Below are positions 19,780 to 28,665 of a stretch of 64,000 nucleotides of DNA, one piece after another. The first letter of the stretch is position 1; every line of letters starts with the position of its first letter. A program made the translations under genes and the position numbers. Source of the DNA: an uncultured Actinomycetes bacterium (GTDB taxonomy: Bacteria; Actinomycetota; Thermoleophilia; UBA2241); contig CAVPVX010000001.1 of assembly GCA_963709345.1 (NCBI GenBank), forward strand, positions 291,480-355,479, given 5' to 3'. The notes under the pieces are model-generated. The model saw nothing but the letters and a program-made list of their open reading frames with translations. It was not told the origin of the DNA and made no database searches.

Positions 19780-21090
19780 ATGCGTGTCTCCCGCCTCCTG
19801 CCCTCACGCCTTCGATCAGGCGCCGAGATCCTGCGTCTGCGCGACTACCGAAACGTCCTCATCGCGCAGAGCGTCTCCGTGTTCGGCGACGGCATCACGC
19901 CGGTCGCCCTCACCTTCGCCGTGCTCGATCTCACCGGCTCGGGAACGGACCTCGGCATCGTCCTCGCCGCGCAGAGCCTGCCGCTCGTGCTGCTGGCGCT
20001 GGTGGGAGGCGTGTGGGCGGACCGGCTGCCGCGCGCCGCCCTGATGCTGACCAGCGACCTCGTGCGAGCAGCCGTTCAGACGATCGCCGCCGCGCTGCTG
20101 CTCACCGGCACGGCGCAGATCTGGCAGCTCGCCGTGCTGGCCGCGATGCACGGCGCAGCCGAGGCCTTCTTCCGGCCGGCGGCGGGCGCCATCCTCCCGC
20201 AGGTCGTGCCCGCGTCGCGGCTGCAACAGGCCAACGCCCTGATGGGCATGAGCGACAACTTCGGCTGGATGGTCGGTCCGGCGGTGGCGGGCATTCTCGT
20301 GGCCGTGGTCGGCCCGGGCGGAGCGATAGCCGTGGATGCGGCGACATTCGTCGTCAGCGCCGCCTTCCTTGCCACGCTCCGCGTTCCCGCGGTCGTGAGC
20401 TGCGCGGCAGCGAGGGGCTTCATCGCCGAGCTGAGCGCAGGCTGGCGCGAGGTGAAGTCGCGGACCTGGCTGTGGGTGATGCTGCTGCGCGCCTCTCTCG
20501 TCCTGTGCATCGTGATCGCGCCGTTCCAGGTGCTGGGGCCGCTCGGACTCCGCGAGCAGGGCTACGGAGCGGCCGCCTGGGGCTGGCTGCAGGCTGTGTT
20601 CAGCGCCGGCATGATCGTCGGCGCCTTCATCGCTCTGCGCTACCGGCCGCGACGCCCGATGATCACCGTGTGCCTCACGGGGAGCACGGCCGTCGCGGCG
20701 CCGCTCGCGCTCGCGGCGTTCGGCGACCCGTGGGTGCTCGGTGGCGTCTACGGACTGCGCGGCGTGGCCGTCGGCATCCTCGTCACCGTCTGGAACACGA
20801 CGATCCAGACGCAGATCCCCAAGGCATCGCTGGGCCGAGTCACGGCGTGGGACTGGATGGCGTCGCTGGCGCTGTGGCCGGCCGGCCTGGCGGTGGCCGG
20901 CCCACTTGCCCAGGCATTCGGCGTCACGACCATGGCCTGGGCCACGGGCATAGCCGGGCTGGCCGCGGCCTTCTGGGTACTGCTCGTGAAGGATGTGTGG
21001 CGGTTGCGGCCGGCTGCGGCGCTGGCCGGTGAAACCGATCCGCCGCAGCCGGCTGCATCCCCTTCGCGCGACCAAGGCGTTCCGGGCTGA
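19780..21090 (+). CDS. MFS transporter (MFS_3/EntS-like)
   Basis: RDYRNVLIAQSVSVFGDGITPVAL...VGGVWADRLPR and 12 predicted helices. Confidence 0.85.
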   Translation: MRVSRLLPSRLRSGAEILRLRDYRNVLIAQSVSVFGDGITPVALTFAVLDLTGSGTDLGIVLAAQSLPLVLLALVGGVWADRLPRAALMLTSDLVRAAVQTIAAALLLTGTAQIWQLAVLAAMHGAAEAFFRPAAGAILPQVVPASRLQQANALMGMSDNFGWMVGPAVAGILVAVVGPGGAIAVDAATFVVSAAFLATLRVPAVVSCAAARGFIAELSAGWREVKSRTWLWVMLLRASLVLCIVIAPFQVLGPLGLREQGYGAAAWGWLQAVFSAGMIVGAFIALRYRPRRPMITVCLTGSTAVAAPLALAAFGDPWVLGGVYGLRGVAVGILVTVWNTTIQTQIPKASLGRVTAWDWMASLALWPAGLAVAGPLAQAFGVTTMAWATGIAGLAAAFWVLLVKDVWRLRPAAALAGETDPPQPAASPSRDQGVPG

Positions 21091-21107
21091 GACCGCGCTC
21101 CGGCCCC

Positions 21108-21392
21108 TCAGCTCGAAGCGCGCTCCTGCTGCCCCCTGCGACCGCTGGCGTACAGCACGATATCGAGGATGATCCCCGCAGCGAAGACCACTGTTCCCCA
21201 CCCCTGCAGACCGCCGAACGAGTTCTCGGCGATCGCATAGGCGATGGTCGTGCACGGCACGAAGAGGAAGCCGATGAAACCCCAGATGAAGTGCAGGCCG
21301 ATGCGGCTGAGGTAGTCGGTGAACAGCCAGAGGCCGAGCAGGATGATGCGTGGCGAAGCCGCGAGCACACCGACGATCAGACAGCACCCCAT
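21108..21392 (-). CDS. small hydrophobic membrane protein
   Basis: GAAGGAG lies 5 nt before the second ATG (21392). Three hydrophobic helices. Confidence 0.55.
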   Translation of the reverse strand: MGCCLIVGVLAASPRIILLGLWLFTDYLSRIGLHFIWGFIGFLFVPCTTIAYAIAENSFGGLQGWGTVVFAAGIILDIVLYASGRRGQQERASS

Positions 21393-21473
21393 TCTCGCTC
21401 CTTCCATGAACCCGCGCAGTTCATCGCTCTCTCAAGCACCGCTCATGCAACGCTAACACGACTGCGGCAGTCT

Positions 21474-21668
21474 ATGGGCGTCATGATCACTCGCAAGATG
21501 AAGATCAGACGGCGCCTGCGCAGCGCCCGCGCCTCAGCCCTGACCTCCGAGGAGCGCCAGATGGAGCTCCGAGAGGCCGAGCGGAACCGCGCGCAGGACG
21601 ACGAGCGCCGCGAGGCGGTCGCCGACATCGACCTGGGCCCCCCCGGGACTCGAGCCGACACACCATGA
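21474..21668 (+). CDS. possible small basic/acidic protein (64 aa)
   Basis: High GC3 and the reading MGVMITRKMKIRRRLRSARASALTSEERQMELREAERNRAQDDERRE. No clear SD and no family recognised. Confidence 0.3.
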   Translation: MGVMITRKMKIRRRLRSARASALTSEERQMELREAERNRAQDDERREAVADIDLGPPGTRADTP

Positions 21669-21855
21669 GCGCGGCGGCGGACCTCCCCACCCGCCCCCAG
21701 GCCTGACGCCCGCCGCCGCGCGTCGTTCTCCTCCCACTGGGCACATCCACCCGAGCCGGTCAGCGCGTGCATCATGCCCAACGGCCACCCTGGTATCTCT
21801 GCCGTTCCGCGGGTACCTCTCAAAGTGACACGGTCACGCTTCGGAAGGAGGAGCC

Positions 21856-22059
21856 ATGTTCGAAGTCTCGTGCAGTGATCTGGGCATCACCGGCTGCGAG
21901 TACGTCGAGTCTGCGCCCTCGCTGAGGAAGCTCGAGTCCCGCGTGCTCGAGCACGCCCGCGACGAGCATCCCGAGCTCATCGCCGGCATCAGCGAGAAGG
22001 AGCATGAGGCGCTGATTCGGCGCATCGCCGAATGCGCCCACGAGGTCGCAACGGCCTGA
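21856..22059 (+). CDS. DUF1059 domain-containing small protein
   Basis: MFEVSCSDLGITGCEYVE....LEHARDEHPE pattern. GGAAGGAGGAG precedes the ATG. Confidence 0.8.
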   Translation: MFEVSCSDLGITGCEYVESAPSLRKLESRVLEHARDEHPELIAGISEKEHEALIRRIAECAHEVATA

Positions 22060-22082
22060 GGAGTACGCACCGTCACTGTCGT

Positions 22083-22109
22083 GGCGGGGCGCCGGGAGGG
22101 CGCCCCGCC
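22083..22109 (+). terminator. intrinsic-type hairpin after the DUF1059 gene
   Basis: GGCGGGGCGCC-GGGAG-GGCGCCCCGCC forms a perfect 11-bp stem 24 nt after the stop. Confidence 0.6.
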
Positions 22110-22144
22110 TGGCACCTTGCGCTCACTCATCGCTCATCAGCGCC

Positions 22145-22333
22145 TTGCCGGACCGGCGTACAAGGGTCGGTCTGGTCCGCGCCGTCTGCGGCGATGAGTT
22201 CGTCGTGCCGGTCGAGGTGTACAGCGCTCATTCGAGCGTCGTGCAGTTCCCGTGCTGCGGGTGCACGGAGCTCTTCCTGCTGGTCTTCGACGAGAGCCTC
22301 ACCTGCCGCGTACAGCGCGGCGCCGCGGCATGA
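22145..22333 (+). CDS. possible Cys-rich small protein (62 aa)
   Basis: Very high GC3 and a protein-like reading (VCGDEFVVPVEVYSAHSSVVQFPCCGCTELFLLVFDESLTC). TTG start and no SD, so support is weak. Confidence 0.25.
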   Translation: MPDRRTRVGLVRAVCGDEFVVPVEVYSAHSSVVQFPCCGCTELFLLVFDESLTCRVQRGAAA

Positions 22334-22354
22334 GACAGGACCGGCGCGGCGCCG

Positions 22355-23059
22355 TCAGGGGCGAAACCCGGGCACGTTGACCCGGAGCCGCCAGCGCCGG
22401 ACGAACGGCCCGTCCGCCGGCCCACCGCGCTCGAGAAGCGAGTAGCCGGAGCCGATCAGGCCGCGCCACGTCCCGAGGAGCGGGGCGTCCGGCGGCAGCA
22501 GGCCCAGCCGCTCCGCCAGGTAACCCAGACGCCTCGGCGCCGTGCCGCCGGCGAACCGCTCCAAGTACCGGGTGAGCCGCTCCAGGTCGAGGTCGGGCCA
22601 CGCGCCGCTCAGAGCCGTGGCGGCGGCGGGCACGCCGCCGCACAGATCGCTGCGGTCGAACATGTCGACGACCGTCCGCTCGGGATCCGTCACGCGAATG
22701 CGAAGACCCGGCACGCCCGCCAGCACGTCCCCGAACATCCGCTCCGGTTTGATGAAGACGAGTTCGAAACGCACGCCCAGAAGCTCCGTTCGCATCGCCT
22801 GCTTACGCTTCGGGGTGATGAAGAAGACCGGCGCGAAGCCGGGTCCTACGGACGGATGCTCCGGCTCCCACCCCCACCAGCGCATGGCGGTCGCGTAGGC
22901 AGCCGCACCCTCGGGGGCCAGCAGCGAGCCCACGACCAGCGCCTCGGAGAACCGGCTGTCCACTGCTGGGCACACGCCGACATCGTAGCGCACTCGCGGA
23001 GAGGAGGCCCGAGGTCGTGCTGCGGCGACGTGCGCGCACCAGGCCCGCTGGGCGTGCAT
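22355..23059 (-). CDS. AbiEi-family (COG5340-like) antitoxin/transcriptional regulator, C-terminal domain intact, N-terminal wHTH apparently degraded
   Basis: FITPKRKQ...GVRFELVFIKPERMFG...IRVTDPERTVVDMFDRSDLCGGVPAA...LERLTRYLERF...RRLGYLAERLGL fits the AbiEi C-terminal pattern. The first ~35 codons are Arg/Ala-rich, look non-coding and have no SD. Confidence 0.6.
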   Translation of the reverse strand: MHAQRAWCAHVAAARPRASSPRVRYDVGVCPAVDSRFSEALVVGSLLAPEGAAAYATAMRWWGWEPEHPSVGPGFAPVFFITPKRKQAMRTELLGVRFELVFIKPERMFGDVLAGVPGLRIRVTDPERTVVDMFDRSDLCGGVPAAATALSGAWPDLDLERLTRYLERFAGGTAPRRLGYLAERLGLLPPDAPLLGTWRGLIGSGYSLLERGGPADGPFVRRWRLRVNVPGFRP

Positions 23060-23086
23060 GCTCTGCGCCGGCGTCGCACATGAGGA

Positions 23087-23123
23087 TGGGCCGCGGCGAG
23101 CGCCTTGCGCTCGCCGCGGCCCA
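23087..23123. repeat. perfect 17-bp inverted repeat (hairpin, 3-nt loop)
   Basis: TGGGCCGCGGCGAGCGC-CTT-GCGCTCGCCGCGGCCCA read directly from the sequence. It lies 28 nt upstream of the AbiEi-like ORF. Confidence 0.75.
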
Positions 23124-23314
23124 GAGGGGCCTACGGCACCCCGGGCGCCAGGAGGAAGGCGCGCCGGGCGATCGGGTCACCGGCTCGGTGGGGGCGCACC
23201 GTACATCTGCCGGGCCCTCTGACGGCCGGGGGGGCAGCCGTCACAGCCGTACTTGGCTTGGTCACACCTTCTCAAGTGAATATGAAGCCTGTGTTCAGGC
23301 CGCATTGAGCGACG

Positions 23315-23887
23315 TTAGGACGGCGTTTGGCTTACGCCGTCCTCGCCGGTCGTTCGAGCCCGCCGCACTTGCGCCAGCGCGGCATCCACCCAAGAGAGGC
23401 AGTCGGGATCCGCACGGGCGGCGACGAGGTAAGGCTCTGCGGCGCCTCCCAGCTCCAGAAGCACCTCCAGGGCGACGCCCTTGACCCGGTCGTCGTGGGC
23501 ACCGCAGAGCGCCGCGACGAGACCACCCGCCGCGATCGCGGTATCCAGGGTGCGCAGTACCTCGCCGGCGCGCTGCGACACGGGTCCACCTACGTCGTAG
23601 ACCTCGCCCGCCATCGCCGCCAGCAAGGGACCGACGCTCTCCGCCCCCCTGGCGACGAGCGCCATCTGGGCCTCGTCCACGAGGGGGAACGTCTCGGCCG
23701 TCAGCGGCAGATCGAGGAGCGCGAGCAGGGCCTCTGCGGGAGCGTGCTCCCGGTGCTCGCTCAGGAATCCCGCGATCGCGTCGCAGGCGTAGTCCTGGTC
23801 GGGGGCCGTCCTCGCCTCACGGTATGCGTCGGTCACCTGGCGCGCCAGCGCGACAAGGGCCTCATCGTCAGTCCGGTAGTGCCGCAT
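23315..23887 (-). CDS. hypothetical protein, helical repeat (HEAT-like)
   Basis: 190-aa ORF with Leu/Ala-rich helical repeats (ALEVLLELGGAAEPYLVAA). No specific family recognised. Confidence 0.6.
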   Translation of the reverse strand: MRHYRTDDEALVALARQVTDAYREARTAPDQDYACDAIAGFLSEHREHAPAEALLALLDLPLTAETFPLVDEAQMALVARGAESVGPLLAAMAGEVYDVGGPVSQRAGEVLRTLDTAIAAGGLVAALCGAHDDRVKGVALEVLLELGGAAEPYLVAARADPDCLSWVDAALAQVRRARTTGEDGVSQTPS

Positions 23888-23896
23888 GCTCGCCTT

Positions 23897-24352
23897 CTAC
23901 GCCCCGGCGACGTCGTCGAACAGGGCGGCGAAGTCACCATAGCCCTCGGCTTCGAGCCGATCTCGGGGGATGAACCGCAGAGAGGCGGAGTTCATGCAGT
24001 AGCGCAGCCCGGCGGGAGGCGGACCGTCGGTGAACACATGACCGAGATGCGACCCGCTGCCGGCGGAACTCACCTCGGTGCGCACGGAGAAGAGCTTGCG
24101 GTCCTCTCGAGTGCTCACGGACTCCTCGCGGAGAGGTCTCGTGAAGCTCGGCCAGCCGGTCCCCGAATCGTACTTGTCACGACTGCTGAACAGGGCCTCG
24201 CCGCTCACGACATCGACGTAGATGCCGTCGCCGTGCTCCTCCCAGTACTCATTGTCGAACGGCGGCTCGGTGCCCTCTCGCTGTGTCACGTCGTATTGCA
24301 GAGGGGTGAGACGCTGCCGCAGTTCCGCATCGTCGGGTCGTTCGGCGGTCAT
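23897..24352 (-). CDS. msrB: peptide-methionine (R)-S-oxide reductase
   Basis: Contains [54 protein letters not shown] and [14 protein letters not shown] precedes the ATG at 24352. Confidence 0.9.
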   Translation of the reverse strand: MTAERPDDAELRQRLTPLQYDVTQREGTEPPFDNEYWEEHGDGIYVDVVSGEALFSSRDKYDSGTGWPSFTRPLREESVSTREDRKLFSVRTEVSSAGSGSHLGHVFTDGPPPAGLRYCMNSASLRFIPRDRLEAEGYGDFAALFDDVAGA

Positions 24353-24813
24353 GATGCCTCCAGTGGTCGCCTGCCGTGGGCCTTCATCCACTCATCGTGG
24401 GTGGGCACCGGCTCCCCCACCACGTAGAGGAAGAAGTAAGCCCCCGTGTCGCCGACGAAGCGGAACTCCCCGCGCAAGGCGGCGACGGTGGCCTCGAAAT
24501 CCCGATGTGAGCGTAGCCAGCCCTTGAAGCCGCCGGACTCCTTGTCCAGCGTGAGCATGGCCTCCGCGTTGGTGATCGTCGCCTCGATCTTCCGCCGGTT
24601 GCGGATGATCCCCGTGTCCGCGGCGAGACGCTCGAGGTCGTCGCCGGAGAACGCCGCGACCGTCGCCGGGTCGAACGCGGCGAACGCCTCGCAGAAGCCG
24701 TCCCACTTGGCTTCGACGACCCTCCAACTCATACCACTCTGGAAGACGGCCTTGGTGAGGACCTCGAGGTAGTCGGCGAGTCCGTCGGGTTCGATCTGTG
24801 AAGGCGCCTGCAT
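24349..24813 (-). CDS. DNA-3-methyladenine glycosylase I family protein (short form)
   Basis: Contains [44 protein letters not shown] and [13 protein letters not shown] overlap with msrB. It lacks the usual N-terminal Cys-rich segment. Confidence 0.75.
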   Translation of the reverse strand: MQAPSQIEPDGLADYLEVLTKAVFQSGMSWRVVEAKWDGFCEAFAAFDPATVAAFSGDDLERLAADTGIIRNRRKIEATITNAEAMLTLDKESGGFKGWLRSHRDFEATVAALRGEFRFVGDTGAYFFLYVVGEPVPTHDEWMKAHGRRPLEAS

Positions 24814-24949
24814 GGCATGACCTCCGCGTTTCGTTGTCGGCAGAGGCGGGAGTCTGACTCCGGTCGCCCGCCTCGTGCCCACTATTCCCGCGAAGGGCCC
24901 CTCTCCACGCACGCGCCGGGAGACCGACGCCCGGATCGGGCGCCAGGCC

Positions 24950-25336
24950 TCAGTGCAGAATGGTCGCGTCGGAACCGACGGGCGAAAGATCGGCGTCGAC
25001 GAAGGCGTCGATGACGGAGCGCACGTCCGGGCGATCCTCGCCGGCCAGGACGCGGAGGCCTGCCTGGAGACAGCTGAGCAGCACGCGCTTGCCGATGCCG
25101 GCGACGATGACGACGTCGACCTGGCGCTCACCCAGTGTGAGCACCGGTGAGAGGTGGCCGCCGTGACCATGAGGCTCGTTGGCTACCACGGTCACGTCGA
25201 TGACCGAGCCGTCAACGAGGTCGACGATGGTGAAATTCGGGCTGCGGGAGAAGCGGCCGGAGCGCGCCGCGTCGAGGCCGCCGGGAGGCTCCGACGGCAC
25301 GGCGACGCGGATGATGGGTCGGTCGTCGCTGCTCAT
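24950..25336 (-). CDS. NifB/NifX-family (dinitrogenase FeMo-cofactor-binding domain) protein
   Basis: IRVAVPSE...RFSRSPNFTIVD....VDVVIVAGIGKRVLLSCLQAGLRV matches the Nitro_FeMo-Co domain layout. Confidence 0.7.
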   Translation of the reverse strand: MSSDDRPIIRVAVPSEPPGGLDAARSGRFSRSPNFTIVDLVDGSVIDVTVVANEPHGHGGHLSPVLTLGERQVDVVIVAGIGKRVLLSCLQAGLRVLAGEDRPDVRSVIDAFVDADLSPVGSDATILH

Positions 25337-25415
25337 GGCTTCCTTCTCGATGGAAGAGCGGAGCCGCTAGCGTACACCGGTGAGGCGGCGCGCGCCGTCC
25401 CCCACCGACGCGAGA

Positions 25416-25463
25416 GTCGTCGCGCACCTGGATTCCGGGGTCGTCGCGCGCCTGGACTCCGAC
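25416..25463. repeat. tandem 24-bp direct repeat (2 copies, 20/24 identical) in divergent promoter region
   Basis: GTCGTCGCGCACCTGGATTCCGGG directly followed by GTCGTCGCGCGCCTGGACTCCGAC. Confidence 0.8.
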
Positions 25464-25551
25464 CTCGGTGCGCCGCGATGTGCCTTTCTTCGTTCGGCGG
25501 GCTATCCTGAACCCGAGACCACAGTATCGACCATCCACCGAGGGAGCCCGC

Positions 25552-26526
25552 ATGCCGCTCGGAGGCTATTGCACCGTCTGCCAGCGCTGGGTCTGGCTCA
25601 CGCCATACGGCGAGTGCCAGAACGGCCATTCCGCGCTCGCCGTCCGCGATATCCAGCAACTCAAGCCGCAGAGTGAGCCGGAGGTCCTCGTCGGGGAGAT
25701 CGTCGACGAGGGTCCGCGGCGAGCGCGGTTCCGCTGGTGGTGGCGCCACTCGTTCTGGGTCGGCTGGACGTTCACGCTGGGCTTCATGAACTGGCTCGCG
25801 TTCATCTATGTGGGCGTCAAGGCGCGGCATACACCGTGGACCCTGCTCGGTTTCGCCTACATGGTGCCTCTCATCCTCACGATCCTCGCGATCGGCACCC
25901 CGCTGCTGCAGGCCGCGATCGTCGTCCAGCTTCTGGCTTCGGCGGCGTCGGTCGTGAACGCCCTGTACATACGTCCCTATTACAGGGCGATCATGTTCGG
26001 CGACGCCTCGCCGCGGTCGCTGCCGGCCCCGCCGCAGCCACCGGCGCTGTCGGCGGGAGCACGGCCGCAGCTGCCGAGGAACATCGACGAACGCGCCGCC
26101 GACGTGCTGCAGCCGGCGCGCCGTCAGGTGGACGCGATCCTGCGCACAGCGGGTTCCGTCGGCAAGCCCGCTGTACGCGACGATGTGGTCGGCCTCTGTG
26201 CCACCGCCGACCACATCATCGCGGAGCTCGCGGCGCAGCCACGCAAGCTGGACGCCGCGCGCGGCTTCCTCACCTACTACCTCGACGCCGCGCAGCGCAT
26301 CGTCGAGGGCTACGTGAATCTCGCGCAGCGCGGCAGCACCACACCCGACATCAACCAGACACTGGAGCGCGCGGAGGCCTCGCTCAAGGTCGTGCAGCAG
26401 GCCTTCGACCGCCAGCTGGCGAACGTGCTCGAGGACCGCGCCATGGACCTCGACAGCGAGATCGAGCTGCTCGAGCGCACCGTGCGCAGCGAGACCATGT
26501 ACACCCAGACCGGGGAGCTGCAATGA
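25552..26526 (+). CDS. XpaC-like (5-bromo-4-chloroindolyl phosphate hydrolysis family) membrane protein with N-terminal zinc-ribbon-like motif
   Basis: GAGGGAG precedes the ATG. N-terminal CTVC-x11-CQNGH, 3-4 TM helices, and a C-terminal RGFLTYYLDAAQRIVEGYVNLAQ typical of XpaC proteins. Confidence 0.75.
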   Translation: MPLGGYCTVCQRWVWLTPYGECQNGHSALAVRDIQQLKPQSEPEVLVGEIVDEGPRRARFRWWWRHSFWVGWTFTLGFMNWLAFIYVGVKARHTPWTLLGFAYMVPLILTILAIGTPLLQAAIVVQLLASAASVVNALYIRPYYRAIMFGDASPRSLPAPPQPPALSAGARPQLPRNIDERAADVLQPARRQVDAILRTAGSVGKPAVRDDVVGLCATADHIIAELAAQPRKLDAARGFLTYYLDAAQRIVEGYVNLAQRGSTTPDINQTLERAEASLKVVQQAFDRQLANVLEDRAMDLDSEIELLERTVRSETMYTQTGELQ

Positions 26527-27713
26527 GCGACGAGATCCAGAAGCAGGATGCACCGCCGGCTGCGCCGGACGTGCCCGCCACGGCCGGCGTGCCGTCGACC
26601 CCGGCAGCTCCGGTCGGCGACCAGCCGGCCGTCGGCCCACTGAGCCCCACCGACCTGGCGCGCGTCGCCGAGATAAGCGCCGCCGTCGACGTGAGCGACT
26701 CGCAGTCCGTGCTCGCCTACGGTCTCCCCGCCCAGAGCCGCATCGCCAACTTCGCCGACTCGCTCCTCGGCGACGTGCGCAACAAGGACGCCGGCAGCGG
26801 CGGCGAGGCGCTCAACGATCTGCTCAAGAAGGTGCGTGAGCTCGACATCGACGCGCTCAGCGCCGGCACCGGCAAGGCGAAGATCCCGCTGCTCGGCCGT
26901 TTTGCCAACACCTTCGAACGGTTCGCGTCTCGCTACCAGAAGGTAGCGACCAGCATCGAGCGCATCGTCGACGCGCTCGAGCGCTCGCGCATGGCCCTGC
27001 TCAAGGACATGACCGTCCTCGACAAGATGTACGAGCTCAACCTCGACTACCTCAAGCAACTCGACGTCTACATCGCCGCCGGCGAGCAGGCGCTCAGGGA
27101 GCTGCATGCCGTCAGGATCCCCGCGCTGGAGGCCGAGGTCGCGGCCAGCAAGGACGTCATGGCTGCGCAGCGCCTGGCCGACCTGCAGCAGGCGGCGACC
27201 CGCTTCGAGCGCCGCCTCCACGACCTCAAGCTCACGCGCATGATCGCCATCCAGTCGGCGCCGCAGATCCGCCTCATCCAGAGCAACGACCAGAACCTCG
27301 TCGAGAAGATCCAGAGCTCGATCCTCACGACGGTGCCGCTGTGGAAGAACCAGATCGTCATCGCGATCAGTCTGTACCGCCAGCAGAAGGCGGTGGAGCT
27401 GCAGAAGCAGGTCACCGACACCACCAACGAGCTCCTGGCCAAGAATGCCGAGCTCCTCAAGGACGGCTCGGCCAAGGTCGGGCGCGAGGTGGAGCGCGGT
27501 GTCGTGGACGTCGAGACGCTGCGCAAGGTCAACGACGACCTGGTGGCGACCCTCGAGGAGACGATCCAGATCCAGGCGGAGGGTCGCGCCAAGCGTCTCG
27601 AGGCCGAGGGCGAGATCGGGCGCCTGCAGGTGGAGCTGCGGCAGAAGCTCATCGAACTCCGCTCCCAGGCGCCACAGATCGGCGCCGCCGATGAGACTCC
27701 GCGTCTGACGTAG
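26523..27713 (+). CDS. TelA-like toxic anion resistance protein
   Basis: ATGA overlap with the upstream gene. Contains VLAYGLPAQSRIANFADSLL, LLKDMTVLDKMYELNLDYLKQLDVYIAAGEQ and a long coiled-coil. Confidence 0.85.
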   Translation: MSDEIQKQDAPPAAPDVPATAGVPSTPAAPVGDQPAVGPLSPTDLARVAEISAAVDVSDSQSVLAYGLPAQSRIANFADSLLGDVRNKDAGSGGEALNDLLKKVRELDIDALSAGTGKAKIPLLGRFANTFERFASRYQKVATSIERIVDALERSRMALLKDMTVLDKMYELNLDYLKQLDVYIAAGEQALRELHAVRIPALEAEVAASKDVMAAQRLADLQQAATRFERRLHDLKLTRMIAIQSAPQIRLIQSNDQNLVEKIQSSILTTVPLWKNQIVIAISLYRQQKAVELQKQVTDTTNELLAKNAELLKDGSAKVGREVERGVVDVETLRKVNDDLVATLEETIQIQAEGRAKRLEAEGEIGRLQVELRQKLIELRSQAPQIGAADETPRLT

Positions 27714-27770
27714 CGCCCGCGGGCCGGCCACGGCAAGGCGTGTGGCCGACGCCGGCCCTCTGGGCCGGCC

Positions 27771-28232
27771 CTACCAGCCGGTCGTCCCCGGCCCGCCCTT
27801 GAACGGCCCCTCGATGCTCGCCGTTATCCAGCCGCCGTAGAAGTCACCGGCCTGCACCCGGACCTGCTCGTCGTCGACGTAGGCGGCGTCGACGCGGCCT
27901 GGGTAGAAGGCGATGTGGTCGCGGAGCTCCCCGTAGCCCGACGCAGGCTGAGGGTAGTACCAACCCGCGTCGCGGACCTCGCGCTCCCCCACGACGAGGT
28001 CGTAGTAGCTCGCCTCACCCTTGAACTCACAGTGCGAGGTGCGCCGGCTCGGGCGCAGATGCTCGCCGCGCACGTCGTCCGGCGGGATGTAGTAGACGGG
28101 CGGGTGACTGGTCTCGAGGACGCGGAGCGACCGCGTCGTGTCGGCGACGACGACGTCGCCCACCACGACGCGGATGTGCCGCGCACTAGCCTCCACCCGC
28201 GGTGGCCTGGGATAATCCCATACGGATTCCAT
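27771..28232 (-). CDS. DUF427 domain-containing protein
   Basis: Contains VLETSHPPVYYIPPDDV, HCEFKGEASYYDL and AFYPGRVD. Confidence 0.8.
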   Translation of the reverse strand: MESVWDYPRPPRVEASARHIRVVVGDVVVADTTRSLRVLETSHPPVYYIPPDDVRGEHLRPSRRTSHCEFKGEASYYDLVVGEREVRDAGWYYPQPASGYGELRDHIAFYPGRVDAAYVDDEQVRVQAGDFYGGWITASIEGPFKGGPGTTGW

Positions 28233-28254
28233 CACGCCGCCTCCGGTGGCCAGG

Positions 28255-28665
28255 CTACCCGGCCGCCGGCGACACGATCACCTGTGACAGCCGCTCGAGA
28301 TACCGGGCGATCACGCGCCGCTCCTCGGCAGGGAACTCGTCGGTCACCGCGATGACCTCGCCGGCCATGCCGTGCACCTGCGCGAAGATGCGGTCACGAC
28401 CTTCCGTGGTGAGTCGCACGCCGACCCTGCGCCGGTCGGTGGGGTGGGGCTCACGGGCGATGAACCCGCGCGCCGCGAGCCTGTCGAGCATGGCGGTCAT
28501 GGCGCCGGTCGTCATATGCAGGCGGTGAGTGAGCTCCGTGGGCCCCAGCGGGCCATGCAGCGACAGGTGCGCGAGCGCCAGGAGCTCGCCTCCCGAGACA
28601 CCCAGACGATCGCACGTCTCCAGTTCCATCTGCGACATCAGCACGTCGAGTCGGCGCACGGCCAT
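28255..28665 (-). CDS. MarR family transcriptional regulator
   Basis: Winged-helix signature GPTELTHRLHMTTGAMTAMLDRLAARGFIAREPHPTDRRRVGVRLT. Confidence 0.85.
   Translation of the reverse strand: MAVRRLDVLMSQMELETCDRLGVSGGELLALAHLSLHGPLGPTELTHRLHMTTGAMTAMLDRLAARGFIAREPHPTDRRRVGVRLTTEGRDRIFAQVHGMAGEVIAVTDEFPAEERRVIARYLERLSQVIVSPAAG

Noticed and set aside
23318-23343. Hairpin AGGACGGCG-N9-CGCCGTCCT as terminator of the HEAT-like gene.
   Set aside because: It lies inside the last codons of that ORF, before the stop in the direction of transcription, so it is not a clean terminator. The stronger hairpin at 23087-23123 is the better candidate.
25416-25463. CRISPR-like repeats. The 7-mer repeat at 32909-32935 was also considered.
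   Set aside because: There are only two directly abutting 24-bp copies with no spacers, plus a microsatellite. There are no cas genes.
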